This document shows positions 61,387 to 64,000 of a stretch of 64,000 nt of DNA, piece after piece. A program made the translations under genes and the position numbers. Positions within the stretch are counted from its first letter, which is position 1, and every line of letters starts with the position of its first letter. The notes beneath the pieces were generated by a model. That model did no database searches. It was not told the origin of the DNA and worked only from the letters and a program-made list of their open reading frames with translations. The stretch is from Phaeosaccion multiseriatum (lineage: Eukaryota > Protista > Ochrophyta, other classes): contig OZ218955.1 in assembly GCA_965112735.1 (NCBI GenBank), positions 2,294,001-2,358,000 of the forward strand, read 5' to 3'.

Positions 61387-64000
61387 GCCCGCGCAGGAGA
61401 CTGGACGACTGCGACTGGCCTAACCGACACACTACATGGCCACAACGTCGCCAAGTTGGAACTGGCATGGGCCCAAAACGCCCAATCTGGCCCCTCACTG
61501 GACCCAAAGCCGGGGTTTGTCGGGCCCAAACAGCCCAAACGAGGCATTTGCTGGCCACACCATACCCGTGCAGGCCGATGCGTGACTGCGACTGGCCCAA
61601 CCGACACACTACATGGCCACAACGCCGCCAAGTTGGAGCTGGCATGGGCCCAAAACGACTCAAGACCGGGGTTTGTGGGGCCCAAACAGCCCAAACGAGG
61701 CATTTGCTGGCCACACCATGCCCGCGTAGGAGACTGGACGACTGCGACTGGCCTAACCGACACACTACATGGCCACAACGTCGCCAAGTTGGAACTGACA
61801 TGGGCCCAAAACGCCCAATCTGGCCCCTCACTGGACCCAAAGCCGGGGTTTGTCGGGCCCAAACAGCCCAAACGAGGCATTTGCTGGCCACACCGTGCCC
61901 GCGCAGGAGACTGGACGACTGCGACTGGCCCAACCGACACACTACATGGCCACAACGTCGCCAAGTTGGAACTGGCATGGGCCTAAAACGCCCAATCTGG
62001 CCCCTCACTGGACCCAAAGCCGGGGTTTGTGGGGCCCAAACAGCCCAAACGAGGCATTTGCTGGCCACACCATGCCCGCGCAGGCCGATGTATGACTGCG
62101 ACTGGCCCCACCGACACACCACATGGCCACAACGCCGCCGAGTTGGAAGTGGCATGGGCCCAAAACGCCCAATCTGGCCCCTCACTGGACCCAAAGCCGG
62201 GGTTCAATTGTGGGGCCCAAACAGCCCAAACGAGGCATTTGCTGGCCCCACCATACCCGCGCAGGCCATTGGATGACTACGAATGGCCCAACCGACACAC
62301 TACATTTCCACAACCTTGCCAAGTTGGAACTGGCATGGGCCCAAAACGCCCAATCTGGCCCCTCACTGGACCCAAAGCCGGGGTTTGTGGGGCCCAAACA
62401 GCCCAAACGAGGCATTTGCTGGCCACACCATACCCGCGCAGGCCATTGGATGATTACGACTGGCCCAACCGACACACCAGATGGCCACAACGCCGCCAAG
62501 TTGGAAGTGGCATGGGCCCAAAACGCCCAATCTGGCCCCTCGAGGGACCCAAAGCCATCAGGGTTTGTGGTGGCCCAAACAGCCCAAACGAGGCATTTGA
62601 TGGCCACACCATGCCCGCGCAGGCCGATGCATGACTGCGACTGGCCCCACCGACACACCACATGGACACAACGCCGCCGAGTTGGAAGTGGCATGGGCCC
62701 AAAACGCCCAATCTGGCCCCTCACTGGACCCAAAGCCGGGGTTTGTGGGGCCCAAACAGCCCAAACGAGGCATTTGCTGGCCACACCATGCCCGCGCAGG
62801 CCGATGCATGACTGCGACTGGCCCCACCGACACACCACATGGCCACAACGCCGCCGAGTTGGAAGTGGCATGGGCCCAAAACGCCCAATCTGGCCCCTCA
62901 CTGGACCCAAAGCCGGGGTTCAATTGTGGGGCCCAAACAGCCCAAACGAGGCATTTGCTGGCCCCACCATACCCGCGCAGGCCATTGGATGACTACGACT
63001 GGCCCAACCGACACACTACATTGCCACAACCTTGCCAAGTTGGAACTGGCATGGGCCCAAAACGCCCAATCTGGCCCCTCACTGGACCCAAAGCCGGGGT
63101 TTGTGGGGCCCAAACAGCCCAAACGAGGCATTTGCTGGCCACACCATGCCCGCGCAGGCCGATGCGTGACTGCGACTGGCCCAACCGACACACCACATGG
63201 CCACAACGTCGCCAAGTTGGAACTGGCATGGGCCCAAAACGCCCAATCTGGCCCCTCACTGGACCCAAAGCCGGGGTTTGTGGGGCCCAAACAGCCCAAA
63301 CGAGGCATTTGCTGGCCACACCATACCCGCGCAGGCCGATGCATGACTGCGACTGGCCCAACCGACACACCACATGGCCACAACGCTGCCAAGTTGGAAC
63401 TGGCATGGGCCCAAAACGCCCAATCTGGCCCCTCACTGGACCCAAAGCCGGGGTTTGTGGGGCCCAAACAGCCCAAACGAGGCATTTGCTGGCCACACCA
63501 TGCCCGCGTAGGAGACTGGACGACTGCGACTGGCCTAACCGACACACTACATGGCCACAACGTCGCCAAGTTGGAACTGACATGGGCCCAAAACGCCCAA
63601 TCTGGCCCCTCACTGGACCCAAAGCCGGGGTTTGTCGGGCCCAAACAGCCCAAACGAGGCATTTGCTGGCCACACCGTGCCCGCGCAGGAGACTGGACGA
63701 CTGCGACTGGCCCAACCGACACACTACATGGCCACAACGTCGCCAAGTTGGAACTGGCATGGGCCTAAAACGCCCAATCTGGCCCCTCACTGGACCCAAA
63801 GCCGGGGTTTGTGGGGCCCAAACAGCCCAAACGAGGCATTTCCTGGCCACACCATGCCCGCGCAGGCCGATGCATGACTGCGACTGGCCCCACCGACACA
63901 CCACATGGCCACAACGCCGCCGAGTTGGAAGTGGCATGGGCCCAAAACGCCCAATCTGGCCCCTCACTGGACCCAAAGCCGGGGTTCAATTGTGGGGCCC

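Larger units (their letters stand above)
46870..64000. repeat. 177-bp tandem satellite array (about 80 monomers in the window, reaching the right edge) with 156/181-bp variants and higher-order repeats
   Basis: TGGACCCAAAG recurs at 47117, 47294, 47471 (period 177); consensus begins TGGACCCAAAGCCGGGGTTTGTGGGGCCCAAACAGCCCAAACGAGGCATTTGCTGGCCACACC. Confidence 0.98.

Noticed and set aside
46779-64000. Long repetitive ORFs (up to 813 aa, 59-aa period) in the satellite
   Set aside because: 177 is divisible by 3 and the unit is GC-rich; several frames on both strands are open at once, and frame-breaking 181-bp monomers recur freely, so there is no sign of coding constraint.
46870-64000. CRISPR-like or guide-RNA array
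   Set aside because: No unique spacers; variable positions reuse a few alleles; no cas-like gene nearby; eukaryotic context.
46930-64000. Telomere-derived origin (TTTGGG-like motifs on the minus strand)
   Set aside because: No canonical telomere runs, and the G-rich strand points away from the right end.

Overview
Eukaryotic, GC-rich, intron-containing DNA; a stramenopile or other microalga is plausible, but that is inference. Bases 1-43.9 kb are gene-dense. In order they hold a Sola2-like DDD transposase running off the left edge, a divergent TFIIA-gamma-like gene, a 116-bp-arm fold-back hairpin, SHMT, CIA30/NDUFAF1, TFIIIC subunit 3, two hypothetical genes, cob(I)alamin adenosyltransferase, a ~17-kb BEACH-domain gene, UBE2C, a WD40 protein, a G-patch protein, RRS1, and COQ9 head-to-head with a CoqF-like flavin monooxygenase. 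After a ~3-kb zone with no recognisable gene, a 177-bp satellite runs from ~46.9 kb to the window end. It has diagnostic variant monomers and higher-order repeats. Three copies of a ~717-bp non-satellite element interrupt the array. Each begins with a compact, strongly base-paired module (a perfect four-way junction), and the first copy is flanked by a 264-bp direct duplication. A diverged, inverted partial copy of the same element sits at the array border. The main leads are the COQ9-CoqF divergent pair, the structured element inside a candidate centromeric satellite, and the G-U-compatible long hairpin.
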